Source: an uncultured Rhabdochlamydiaceae bacterium (GTDB lineage: Bacteria; Chlamydiota; Chlamydiia; Chlamydiales; Rhabdochlamydiaceae). Taken from it: 64,000 bases of DNA. The position numbers and the translations under genes are program-made. Positions 1-8,189 of this stretch are shown here, piece after piece. The stretch's first letter is position 1; the number at the start of each line of letters is the position of its first letter. The notes beneath the pieces were generated by a model that did not search any database, was not told the origin of the DNA, and saw nothing but the letters and a program-made list of their open reading frames with translations. Location of the stretch: NCBI GenBank assembly GCA_963712275.1, contig CAVQHD010000001.1, positions 224,001 to 288,000 on the forward strand, written 5' to 3'.

Positions 1-276
1 CTTCTCTCCTGATTTTATTTTGCAAAAATTGAAAATCTTCGATCTGTCTTCTCTGTTTGGCTCCATGTAGAATGACTGCATCGTGTCCCCAAAAATTAAA
101 TTTTAGTTCTTTGAATGCCCTAACAACATGTTCAATATAGTCATGTTTTGAAAAAACACAAAAAGTTAGAGCAAAACTGGGTGGTCTTCACATACGCTCT
201 TAGTAGACTGATCTCCTGTTTCATCGCCGTAGATGATGTATTCGCTATAATCGCGTTCTTTTACGGTATTAGCCAT
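1..276 (-). pseudogene. DUF3800-like protein, frameshifted, truncated by window edge
   Basis: Manual translation from ATG 276 gives MANTVKERDYSEYIIYGDETGDQSTKSVCEDHPV. After an apparent 1-nt loss in the T-run near 174-177 it continues ALTFCVFSKHDYIEHVVRAFKELKFNFWGHDAVILH. The YxDEsG...P(V)FxLxFCxF...K...GHD..LH pattern is typical of DUF3800 proteins. Not in the ORF track. Confidence 0.65.
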
Positions 277-419
277 CAATTGAATCCAAGATTTTCCATT
301 TTTCAGAAGCTAATCATTGTCCTTAAAATATCACTTGAAAGTCAAAGGTTTTTTGCAGCTGAAATAGCCAGTATATCCTAAAAAGCATCCTTAAGGTATG
401 ATCGAATATTGAGAATCGG

Positions 420-1628
420 ATGAACTTGCAACTTTATCGACTTGACCAACATACACTTAAAAAGAGCCTTTGCGATCCTGACGCCATAAAAGCCATTCGT
501 CTCCTGCAAGAGGCGGGGCATGTCGCTTACCTCGTGGGGGGATCTGTGCGCGATCTTTTGCTGGGGATATCTCCTAAAGATTATGACATCTCCACATCAG
601 CGCGTCCCGAAGAGATTAAAGCCCTTTTTAGAAGCCAGTGCATTCTCATCGGACGTCGGTTTCGCTTAGCGCACCTCCGATTCGGCCCCAAGGTCTTTGA
701 AGTCTCAACCTTTCGTGCGGGGAATAATGAGTCGGACGAATTAATCGTCCGAGACAATGAATGGGGAACCCCCGAGCAAGATGCGCTTAGAAGAGATTTC
801 ACGATTAACGGCCTCCTATATGACCCTGCCACAGAAACCATTATCGATTATGTCGATGGTTATGCAGATGTGCAAAGAAAATGCCTTCGCACCATTGGAC
901 AACCATATCTACGATTTAAGCAAGATCCTGTGCGGATGATTCGACTGCTCAAATTTCATGCGCGATTTCACTTTGAGATCGATCCCGACGCTAAAGTTGC
1001 CCTTGCCGAATGTTATCATGAAATTATGAAAAGCTCTCAAGCGCGGATTTTTGAAGAACTTCTCCGCATGTTAGAATCTGGCGCTGCGGAACCTTTCATC
1101 AAGCTCATGAGCCAGCACCGTTTTTTAGAGCAGCTCACTCCGACCTTTGCTCAGTTTTTGACTCACCCAGAGGGAGAAGATGTTTTTGACTTTTTACACG
1201 AGGCCGACCTTCGCTCTAAAACAGCTTTATTGGATCGGTCCCTCCTGCTCTCCTGCCTGATATTTCCCTTTCTTCAAAAACATCTTCAAACCCATTTTTT
1301 GGATCGAGGCAAAACTCCTCATTTAGGTGAAATCTACCAAGAGATCCAAGAGACAATCTCTGCCCTCTTTAGCCCATTTTTCTTAATTCCCCGCAAACTA
1401 CGCATGAAAATCACATCGATTTTGATATCTCAATTTCGAATAACTCCTTTTCATAAACAGACGGCGCGAAGGCCCCGTGTTCCACGAGACCCTGATTTTC
1501 CACTCGCCCTGGAGTTTCTAGACTTTCGAGCCTCTTTGGAGCCGGCGCTCAAAGATCTCTGCGCCCTATGGCAAGATGCTTATAAGTACCCAGCTGCTCA
1601 GCGAAGAGGGCGCCGTCGACATGCATGA
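420..1628 (+). CDS. pcnB: Poly(A) polymerase I
   Basis: Class II nucleotidyltransferase motifs (LVGGSVRDLLLG..PKDYDI, RRDFTIN, DPVRMIR) plus the PAP-specific LIGRRFRLAH signature. Confidence 0.9.
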   Translation: MNLQLYRLDQHTLKKSLCDPDAIKAIRLLQEAGHVAYLVGGSVRDLLLGISPKDYDISTSARPEEIKALFRSQCILIGRRFRLAHLRFGPKVFEVSTFRAGNNESDELIVRDNEWGTPEQDALRRDFTINGLLYDPATETIIDYVDGYADVQRKCLRTIGQPYLRFKQDPVRMIRLLKFHARFHFEIDPDAKVALAECYHEIMKSSQARIFEELLRMLESGAAEPFIKLMSQHRFLEQLTPTFAQFLTHPEGEDVFDFLHEADLRSKTALLDRSLLLSCLIFPFLQKHLQTHFLDRGKTPHLGEIYQEIQETISALFSPFFLIPRKLRMKITSILISQFRITPFHKQTARRPRVPRDPDFPLALEFLDFRASLEPALKDLCALWQDAYKYPAAQRRGRRRHA

Positions 1629-2307
1629 TACCCAATTTGTCGGACCCCCGCTTGATGCTGGTCCTCGTCCTGCTGTTTTTTACTTTGCCCTCTCAGCTCA
1701 TGACTGCCTTTTCGTAGACCCTTTTAATCAACCTGTTTTGACGCTGTTGAAATCGGATATCAGGATCTTTTCAGTGACACTTCCTGGCCATGACCACCTC
1801 TCTCCTGCATCAGCAATGAAGTACTGGGCAAAAGAAATGGATCAAGACCCTGAGATGATCGAGTCTTTTACAAAGGATGTTGCTACCTATATCAATGCTC
1901 TGATCTCTCAAAAAGTCATCACCTCTTGCGGTGTCATGGGCCTTTCCCGAGGTGTCTTTATTGCAGCCCATGTGGCGGCAAAAATCGCATCGATTCAAAC
2001 GCTCCTTGGTTTTGCTCCTCTCACAACCTTCGCCCAGCAGAACCTGCACCGCCTTTCCGATCAACTTTATTCAAAAACAATCCGCTGTTACATTGGGAAT
2101 CGAGATGTCCGCGTTGGAACATCTCTCTGTTTTTCCTGGCTGGCGCAGCTCTCTGAACTTGCTTATCAAAGAGGGATTCGCACCTCTCCCATTGAACTTA
2201 TCATCGGCCCTTCAATTGGTAAAGACGGCCACGGAACCTCTCCTGCAACGTTCCAAGCAGGGGCCGCTTGGATGGCTGAGCAACTCCGGGGCGCTCATGC
2301 CACCTGA
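1621..2307 (+). CDS. Alpha/beta-hydrolase-fold protein
   Basis: GLSRG nucleophile-elbow-like motif, Asp in GNRD and His in GHGT; ATG 1621 overlaps the pcnB stop. Confidence 0.6.
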   Translation: MHDTQFVGPPLDAGPRPAVFYFALSAHDCLFVDPFNQPVLTLLKSDIRIFSVTLPGHDHLSPASAMKYWAKEMDQDPEMIESFTKDVATYINALISQKVITSCGVMGLSRGVFIAAHVAAKIASIQTLLGFAPLTTFAQQNLHRLSDQLYSKTIRCYIGNRDVRVGTSLCFSWLAQLSELAYQRGIRTSPIELIIGPSIGKDGHGTSPATFQAGAAWMAEQLRGAHAT

Positions 2308-3484
2308 TATATTTATGACAGCAGGAGAAATCAGCGGAGACCGGCTTGGCGGATCGATTCTTGAAGCGATGATAGAGCAGCAAAAAAACCTCGAGGTTGT
2401 TGGCATTGGAGGTCCACAGATGCGAGCCCAAGGGCTTTTTCCGACCCTGCCGATGGAAGAGCTTCAAGTCATGGGATTTATCGACGTCATACGCCACCTT
2501 CCGCATCTGATCAAAACATTTCGAAGGACAATGCAAACAATCCTCCACTTAAATCCTAAAGCGGTGGTCACAATTGATTACCCCGGGTTTAACCTTCGCC
2601 TAGGCCGGGCGCTTCGAAAGCACGGATACCGTGGAAAGTTGTGCCATGTCGTCTGCCCATCAGTGTGGGCATGGGGCAAAAATCGGATTCAGTTATTAGA
2701 AGATAATTACGATCTTCTCCTTACCCTACTTCCTTTTGAGAAGCCGTACTTTCATAAAGCCAAGCTACAGAGGGAGTTGCAAAACTCCGATTTGGGGCAA
2801 AATCATCGAATTTGGCCTCCAAAGCAAGTTTTGCAACTCCCTCTACAAGTTGGCTATATTGGACACCCCCTTGTCCAAGCAATCTCTTATGAAACAAGGC
2901 CTGAAGAACCCTTGATTGCTTTTTTTCCAGGCAGCCGTTCTCATGAAATTGAACGGAACCTTCCCTTTTATTTGAGATTGATTCCAAAGCTGAAGCAGTT
3001 AAACCCCCATCTTCAATTCGGCATTTCAGTTGCGGCGGAAAAATACCGTCCCCTCATTCAAAAAATGACTGGTTCTTTACCTACAACCCTTTTAACTCCC
3101 CGTGAAATAGACGAGCGACGGCCGATGATGGCCATCGCAAAGTCTGGAACGATCACGTTAGAGCTTGCCCTCCGTGGTATCCCAACGGTTGTAACCTATG
3201 GAATGTCCCCTCTAGACATTGCCCTTGCCAAATGGGTTTTTCGCATCTCTCTTCCTTATTACGCACTACCTAATCTAATTTTAAATTTCTCTCTTTTCCC
3301 AGAGTTGATTGGGACTGAGCTAACCGACAAAAACCTGTTTGACTCAGTTAATTCTTTTTTAATAGCTCCCCAAAAGCGTCATCAATGCCACCTCGACTGC
3401 CAAAAAGTCAGGCAGCTTCTCACAACCTCTGAAAATCCCTCTAAATCTGCTGCTTCATTGATTTTAAGCCTTATTTCCAGCTAA
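2297..3484 (+). CDS. lpxB: Lipid-A-disaccharide synthase with a 26-aa in-frame insertion
   Basis: AGEISGD, IDYPGFN, PSVWAW, GHPL, PGSR and KSGTITLE motifs; start reassigned to ATG 2297. Confidence 0.93.
   Translation: MPPDIFMTAGEISGDRLGGSILEAMIEQQKNLEVVGIGGPQMRAQGLFPTLPMEELQVMGFIDVIRHLPHLIKTFRRTMQTILHLNPKAVVTIDYPGFNLRLGRALRKHGYRGKLCHVVCPSVWAWGKNRIQLLEDNYDLLLTLLPFEKPYFHKAKLQRELQNSDLGQNHRIWPPKQVLQLPLQVGYIGHPLVQAISYETRPEEPLIAFFPGSRSHEIERNLPFYLRLIPKLKQLNPHLQFGISVAAEKYRPLIQKMTGSLPTTLLTPREIDERRPMMAIAKSGTITLELALRGIPTVVTYGMSPLDIALAKWVFRISLPYYALPNLILNFSLFPELIGTELTDKNLFDSVNSFLIAPQKRHQCHLDCQKVRQLLTTSENPSKSAASLILSLISS
2770..2843. mobile_element. Miniature inverted-repeat element (GAGnnAGTTGCAAAAC family), in frame in lpxB
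   Basis: TIRs gagggagttgcaaaact / agttttgcaactccctc; 4-bp TSD taca (2766-2769, 2844-2847); homologous to the 48741-48907 element. Confidence 0.88.
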
Positions 3485-3495
3485 AATGATCCCTT

Positions 3496-3948
3496 ATGCA
3501 CGATCAATTGACAATTTTTACTGAACGGCTTTGTCCAGGGCGTCCGGAAAAGATTGATTTAACGCTTCCCCCAGAGTTTCTAGAGCTTGACGAAGAGGAT
3601 ATTCGGTTCTCTTCTCCTTTGACTCTTCAAGGAGAGGTGTGTCGAATGGACGACCTCATCCTCATCACCTTAGCCGCTCAACTGACAATCGAAATGCCTT
3701 GCTCGATCTGTAATACCTTAACAACCATCCCACTTCAAAATAAAAACATCCTGCTATCGATTCCTTTATCCGATATTCCTGCCGGAAGCTTTAATTACAC
3801 CGAGCTCCTGCGAGAAGAAGTGATCATATCCCTCCCGCAATTTATTGAATGCCATGGGGGAGCTTGTCCCAAGCGAAAAGAGGTGCAATCTTTTCTTAAA
3901 TCAGCAGAGAAGCAAGCCCCGACCTACTTCCCTTTCGCAGAGTTGTGA
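3496..3948 (+). CDS. YceD/DUF177 family ribosome-associated protein
   Basis: CxxC and LREEVIISLP..C...C motifs; canonical position upstream of rpmF. Confidence 0.8.
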   Translation: MHDQLTIFTERLCPGRPEKIDLTLPPEFLELDEEDIRFSSPLTLQGEVCRMDDLILITLAAQLTIEMPCSICNTLTTIPLQNKNILLSIPLSDIPAGSFNYTELLREEVIISLPQFIECHGGACPKRKEVQSFLKSAEKQAPTYFPFAEL

Positions 3949-3971
3949 ATAAATCAGCAAGGACATATAAT
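3943..3971 (+). promoter_or_regulatory. Putative sigma70-type promoter for tRNA-Tyr/rpmF
   Basis: TTGTGA-17 bp-TATAAT, 30 nt upstream of the tRNA. Confidence 0.55.
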
Positions 3972-4000
3972 CTTTCTCTAGAAAATTATAGATAACCACA

Positions 4001-4082
4001 GGGAGAATACCAGAGTGGCCAAATGGGGCAGACTGTAAATCTGCTGGCTTTGCCTACGTAGGTTCGAATCCTACTTCTCCCA
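4001..4082 (+). tRNA. tRNA-Tyr (GTA)
   Basis: Acceptor GGGAGAA/TTCTCCC, anticodon arm gcaga-ctGTAaa-tctgc, long variable arm, GGTTCGAATCC T-arm; CCA not encoded. Confidence 0.96.
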
Positions 4083-4103
4083 TTAAAATAAGGAGTTTCC
4101 TCA

Positions 4104-4286
4104 ATGGCTGTTCCACGTAATCGCCTGTCGAATGCGAGAAAAAATTCTCGTCGGGCACACCATGCAAAAAAGCCCAAAAATGCCACCAATTGCTCAAATT
4201 GCAAAGGCAAAAAACTGTCTCATAAAGCTTGTCCTCACTGCGGCTATTATGCTGGGCGTTCTCTCGCTGGTGGAGAAGCAAAGTAA
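4104..4286 (+). CDS. rpmF: 50S ribosomal protein L32
   Basis: MAVP...RR.H, CxxC...CxxCGYY; AGGAG RBS. Confidence 0.96.
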   Translation: MAVPRNRLSNARKNSRRAHHAKKPKNATNCSNCKGKKLSHKACPHCGYYAGRSLAGGEAK

Positions 4287-5232
4287 CCCGCCCCGTATAG
4301 GGGTCGATCTCATGGGAGGCGATACGCCTCCTAAGAAACTTGCTCAAGCGCTCATCGAGCTGCTCCAGGATGGCTTTCCTGCTGAGTTTGTGGTTTTTGC
4401 ATCGCCTGAAGTTGCCGGCCAGCTCCCTTCAACTTTGCAACGCATTTCTTGCCTTGAAACAATTGCAACCGAAGACGACCCTATCCTCGCCGTCCGAAGA
4501 AAAAAAGAGTCTTCTCTCTGCCAAGGGCTCCGTTTTCTGAGTAACAAAGCCATTGATGTTTTCATCTCGACTGGAAATACAGGAGCTTTACTTTTAGCCT
4601 CTAAAACAACCTTAAAAACATTGCCTGGCATTGACCGGCCAGCGCTTCTCACACTTCTTCCAACACATAAAAATGATCTCGCAGTCCTCGATGTCGGCGC
4701 AAACCTTTCCCTCAAATCTCACCATATTCTTCAATTTGCTGCAATGGGGATCGCTTACCAGAAAAGCCGCGGCATTGAGCATCCCACTGTGGGACTTCTC
4801 AACATTGGAACCGAAGCTATCAAAGGAACTCCGCAAGTGCGTGAAGCATACGCAAAACTAGAAACCCTCAATCGAACCCGCCCCACTTTTCTAGGAAATA
4901 TTGAAGGTAAGGATGTTTTTCAAGGAGGCATTGATGTTCTCGTTTCAGATGGATTTACAGGTAATATTTTTTTAAAAACCGCAGAAGGAGTCGCCTCCTT
5001 TATTCTTGAGCAGCTTGAAGGGTCCTCTTCCTTAAGGCATGAAGCCGCTCTCCTCCGTCAAAAACTATATGCTGCGGAACATCCAGGCGCTATTTTATGC
5101 GGAGTCGATGGGATTGTCATTAAATGCCATAGCGATACAACGCCTTCCACCCTCATGATGTCGATCAAGGGTGCCGTCCGACTTGTTAAACAAAAATTTT
5201 TAGAAAAAATCGTTCTGAACCTATCCCGATAA
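4270..5232 (+). CDS. plsX: Phosphate acyltransferase
   Basis: GVDLMGGD, STGNTGA, IDRPAL, LDVGAN, DGFTGN motifs; start taken at GTG 4270. Confidence 0.93.
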   Translation: MEKQSNPPRIGVDLMGGDTPPKKLAQALIELLQDGFPAEFVVFASPEVAGQLPSTLQRISCLETIATEDDPILAVRRKKESSLCQGLRFLSNKAIDVFISTGNTGALLLASKTTLKTLPGIDRPALLTLLPTHKNDLAVLDVGANLSLKSHHILQFAAMGIAYQKSRGIEHPTVGLLNIGTEAIKGTPQVREAYAKLETLNRTRPTFLGNIEGKDVFQGGIDVLVSDGFTGNIFLKTAEGVASFILEQLEGSSSLRHEAALLRQKLYAAEHPGAILCGVDGIVIKCHSDTTPSTLMMSIKGAVRLVKQKFLEKIVLNLSR

Positions 5233-5233
5233 A

Positions 5234-5451
5234 CAGGGAAGAGGAAATTAGAGCAGATACTTAAAACTTTTGTCGAGTCAGGCTTATTTACATTTTTTTA
5301 CCACCGAGACACGGAGGGGGATGAGATTGCACAGAGGAAAAAAATTTCCTCTGTGCAATCTCATCCCCCTCCGTGTCTCGGTGGTAAAAAAATGTAAATA
5401 AGCCTGACTCGACAAAAGTTTTAAGCATCTGCTCTAATTTCCTATGCCCTA
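5234..5451. mobile_element. Palindromic MITE, copy 1 (ISAs1-like ends)
   Basis: 99-bp arms 5242-5340 / 5345-5443 with one mismatch; ends caggg...cccta; 10-bp flanking repeat tcccgataaa / tcctgataaa. Confidence 0.85.
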
Positions 5452-5520
5452 TCCTGATAAAAAGTTTCAGTCGATTTTTAGACCTCTAGTGTATAAAATG
5501 GCATCTGACAGGACAACTCC

Positions 5521-7059
5521 ATGAATCAAGAAATTCTTATCAATATTGAATCGAAAGAGACCCGGTGCGCCTTCTTAAAAAATGGGATCCTTCACGATTT
5601 GGTGATTGAGCGAAAAAATAACCGCCCGCTGACAGGCAACATTTATCGAGGACGCGTGAAGAGCATCCTCCACAATATTCAATCTGCCTTTATTGATATC
5701 AATGAAGGGGAAAATGGATTTATTCACATTTCCGATATCTTGGAAAATACCCAAAAATTCCAAGAATTGTTTGATATGGATTTTGATATTGCCCTCCTGC
5801 AAAGCCAATCCAAAAAAACTCGGGAAACCGATATCGCCAAAATTTTAAAACAAGACCAGCCCGTTCTGGTTCAGGTTGTGAAAGAACCGATTGGGTCGAA
5901 AGGAGCCCGCCTAACATCCAATGTTTCAATCGCAGGCCGGTACTTAGTCCTTCTTCCTAACACTCCTCATCGCGGCGTTTCTCGAAAAATCGAGGAGAGA
6001 GCGGACCGAGAGAGGCTGAAGAAACTCATTCAAGCCTTTGAAATGCCTCATGACATGGGACTTATTTGCCGCACCGCAAGCGTCAATGCGTCTGAAGAGC
6101 AGCTCATCCAAGAAGCGCATGATCTTTTGGCTTCATGGAAAGAGATCATGGAAAAATTTGAAAAATCGACAAAGTCAATGTGCCTTTTTGAAGAGTCAGA
6201 TCTAATTAAGCGGGCCATTTTAACAGCCATTGATCGAAAATACCAGAGGATTCTCGTCGATGACTATGGAACCTTCCAACGATTAAAGCAGCTCGCACAC
6301 CGCTTCATGGAAGAAGATCTCAAAATCGAACTCTATCGCGATAAAATCCCCATGTTTGAAAGGTTCGGCATTGAACGTGAAATCGAGAAAGCGCTTCGCC
6401 GAAAAATTTGGCTGCCGAGTGGCGGCTACCTCTTTTTTGATCGAACTGAAGCGATGCTTACTATCGATGTCAATTCAGGACGCAGCAAAGACAAAAAATC
6501 GACTTCTGATGTTGAGGAATCACTTGTCCGTATCAACATGGAAGCGGCTGAAGAGCTCGCCCGCCAGCTCCGCCTCCGTAATATTGGAGGATTGATCGTT
6601 TGCGACTTTATCGATATGAGGCTGCGCAAAAATCAAAAGCGGGTCTTAGAAAAACTCAAAGACTCCATGAAAGAAGATTCGGCAAAATGCACAATTTTAG
6701 AAATGAGCGAATTTGGACTTATCGAAATGACTCGTCAACGGCATCGAGAATCACTTGCTCAAATGATGTATACCTCCTGCCCCTATTGCATGGGAATTGG
6801 AATGGTGAAAACCCACGAAAGCGTTTCCATCGAAATCGAACGGTGCCTTAAAAAACTCATTCAGCAAGAAGAGCAATACGCCCTCCAGCTTGTCTCTCAT
6901 CCAAGCTTGGACCATTTTTTACACTCTCATGATAAAGGAAATTTTAGAAAACTAGCTGAAAAATTGAATGCAGACCTTAAATTTACAACGAATGACACAC
7001 TGCACCTAAATGAATTTCAGTTTTATTCCACGACGAATGGAAAACTGCTCGATATTTGA
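5521..7059 (+). CDS. rng: Ribonuclease E/G family
   Basis: S1 domain (GNIYRGRV...AFIDI), IDVNSG, GGLIVCDFIDM, CxxC. Confidence 0.92.
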   Translation: MNQEILINIESKETRCAFLKNGILHDLVIERKNNRPLTGNIYRGRVKSILHNIQSAFIDINEGENGFIHISDILENTQKFQELFDMDFDIALLQSQSKKTRETDIAKILKQDQPVLVQVVKEPIGSKGARLTSNVSIAGRYLVLLPNTPHRGVSRKIEERADRERLKKLIQAFEMPHDMGLICRTASVNASEEQLIQEAHDLLASWKEIMEKFEKSTKSMCLFEESDLIKRAILTAIDRKYQRILVDDYGTFQRLKQLAHRFMEEDLKIELYRDKIPMFERFGIEREIEKALRRKIWLPSGGYLFFDRTEAMLTIDVNSGRSKDKKSTSDVEESLVRINMEAAEELARQLRLRNIGGLIVCDFIDMRLRKNQKRVLEKLKDSMKEDSAKCTILEMSEFGLIEMTRQRHRESLAQMMYTSCPYCMGIGMVKTHESVSIEIERCLKKLIQQEEQYALQLVSHPSLDHFLHSHDKGNFRKLAEKLNADLKFTTNDTLHLNEFQFYSTTNGKLLDI

Positions 7060-8044
7060 CTATCTGCTGCAAGAAGCTCGAAAAGAAGGGTGGTTGTCTG
7101 AAAAAGTCAGTGCCACTCTTTCTCATTTCATTCAGGGCTATGCTCAGGCTACAAAAGAATCGGCTTCTCACGAGACAATTCTCGCATGGTTTAAAACCTT
7201 TCTGAAGCTGCTCAAGGAAGAGATCTCTTCTCCTTTTGTCTTTCAACCCTACCACCAGCGGATTCGGTCTCCTTTTGATTATTACGCTTTCGGCAACGAT
7301 TTCTTCTATCCTTTAGTTGACCGGTCTCGTTCAAAGATCCTCGGTCACGACTATCTCAAGCACATTCAATACCTCCTTGAGCAAGGAGATAATGTGATTT
7401 TTCTAGCAAACCATCAAATCGAAGCAGACCCTCAAGCCATCAGCCTACTTCTCGATGACCTATATCCTAATTTTGCTGAAAACATGATTTTCGTGGCCGG
7501 AGAACGGGTGATCACAGATCCTTTTGCCATCCCCTTCAGCATGGGACGCAATCTCCTCTGTATTTACTCCAAACGTTATATCGATCATCCCCCCGAGAAA
7601 AAAGTTGAAAAGCAGCTTCACAATAAACGAACGATGGAGCTCATGAGCCTTCTATTAAAGGAAGGAGGAAAATCGATCTATGTCGCCCCCAGTGGAGGCA
7701 GAGACCGCCCCAACCAGCAAGGTATCATTGATGTCGCCCCCTTCGATCCAGGAAGTATTGAACTCTTTTACCTCATGGCTCAAAAGGCTGGAACTCTTAC
7801 CCATTTTTACCCAATGTCCCTTGTCACCTACGATGTGCTCCCACCCCCTGAAACAATCCAAATTGAGCTCGGCGAAACCCGGGTCACAGGAAGAGCCCCC
7901 ATCCATCTTGCTATTGGAGCTCCCCTACAAATGGATGCGTTTCCAGGATGCCATTCCACCGACAAGCGGACGCGCAGGCAAGCCCGTGCAGACTATATTT
8001 GGAACGAAGTCCGAAAAAATTATCAACTGCTTCAAAAGCACTGA
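7037..8044 (+). CDS. plsB: Glycerol-3-phosphate acyltransferase, chlamydial/plastid type
   Basis: HxxxxD motif (NHQIEADP), FSMGRNLLCIYSK, APSGGRDRP; chlamydial synteny after rng. Confidence 0.85.
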   Translation: MENCSIFDYLLQEARKEGWLSEKVSATLSHFIQGYAQATKESASHETILAWFKTFLKLLKEEISSPFVFQPYHQRIRSPFDYYAFGNDFFYPLVDRSRSKILGHDYLKHIQYLLEQGDNVIFLANHQIEADPQAISLLLDDLYPNFAENMIFVAGERVITDPFAIPFSMGRNLLCIYSKRYIDHPPEKKVEKQLHNKRTMELMSLLLKEGGKSIYVAPSGGRDRPNQQGIIDVAPFDPGSIELFYLMAQKAGTLTHFYPMSLVTYDVLPPPETIQIELGETRVTGRAPIHLAIGAPLQMDAFPGCHSTDKRTRRQARADYIWNEVRKNYQLLQKH

Positions 8045-8050
8045 TTTGTT

Positions 8051-8153
8051 TGGGTATAGTCAGATAATTTAAACACAGAGCACACTGAGAAAACTCTGCT
8101 TAATTTTTTCTCAGTGCTCTGTGGTTAAAAAAATGTTTTATACAACAAGACCA
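8051..8153. repeat. Short hairpin element with flanking direct repeat
   Basis: cacagagcacactgagaaaa ... ttttctcagtgctctgtg inverted repeat; flanked by atttgtt at 8044-8050 and 8154-8160. Confidence 0.6.
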
Positions 8154-8189
8154 ATTTGTTATATGTTTATATAATCCCGTAGGAGAACT

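Noticed and set aside
148..381. 77-aa plus-strand ORF
   Set aside because: Antisense shadow of the DUF3800-like pseudogene
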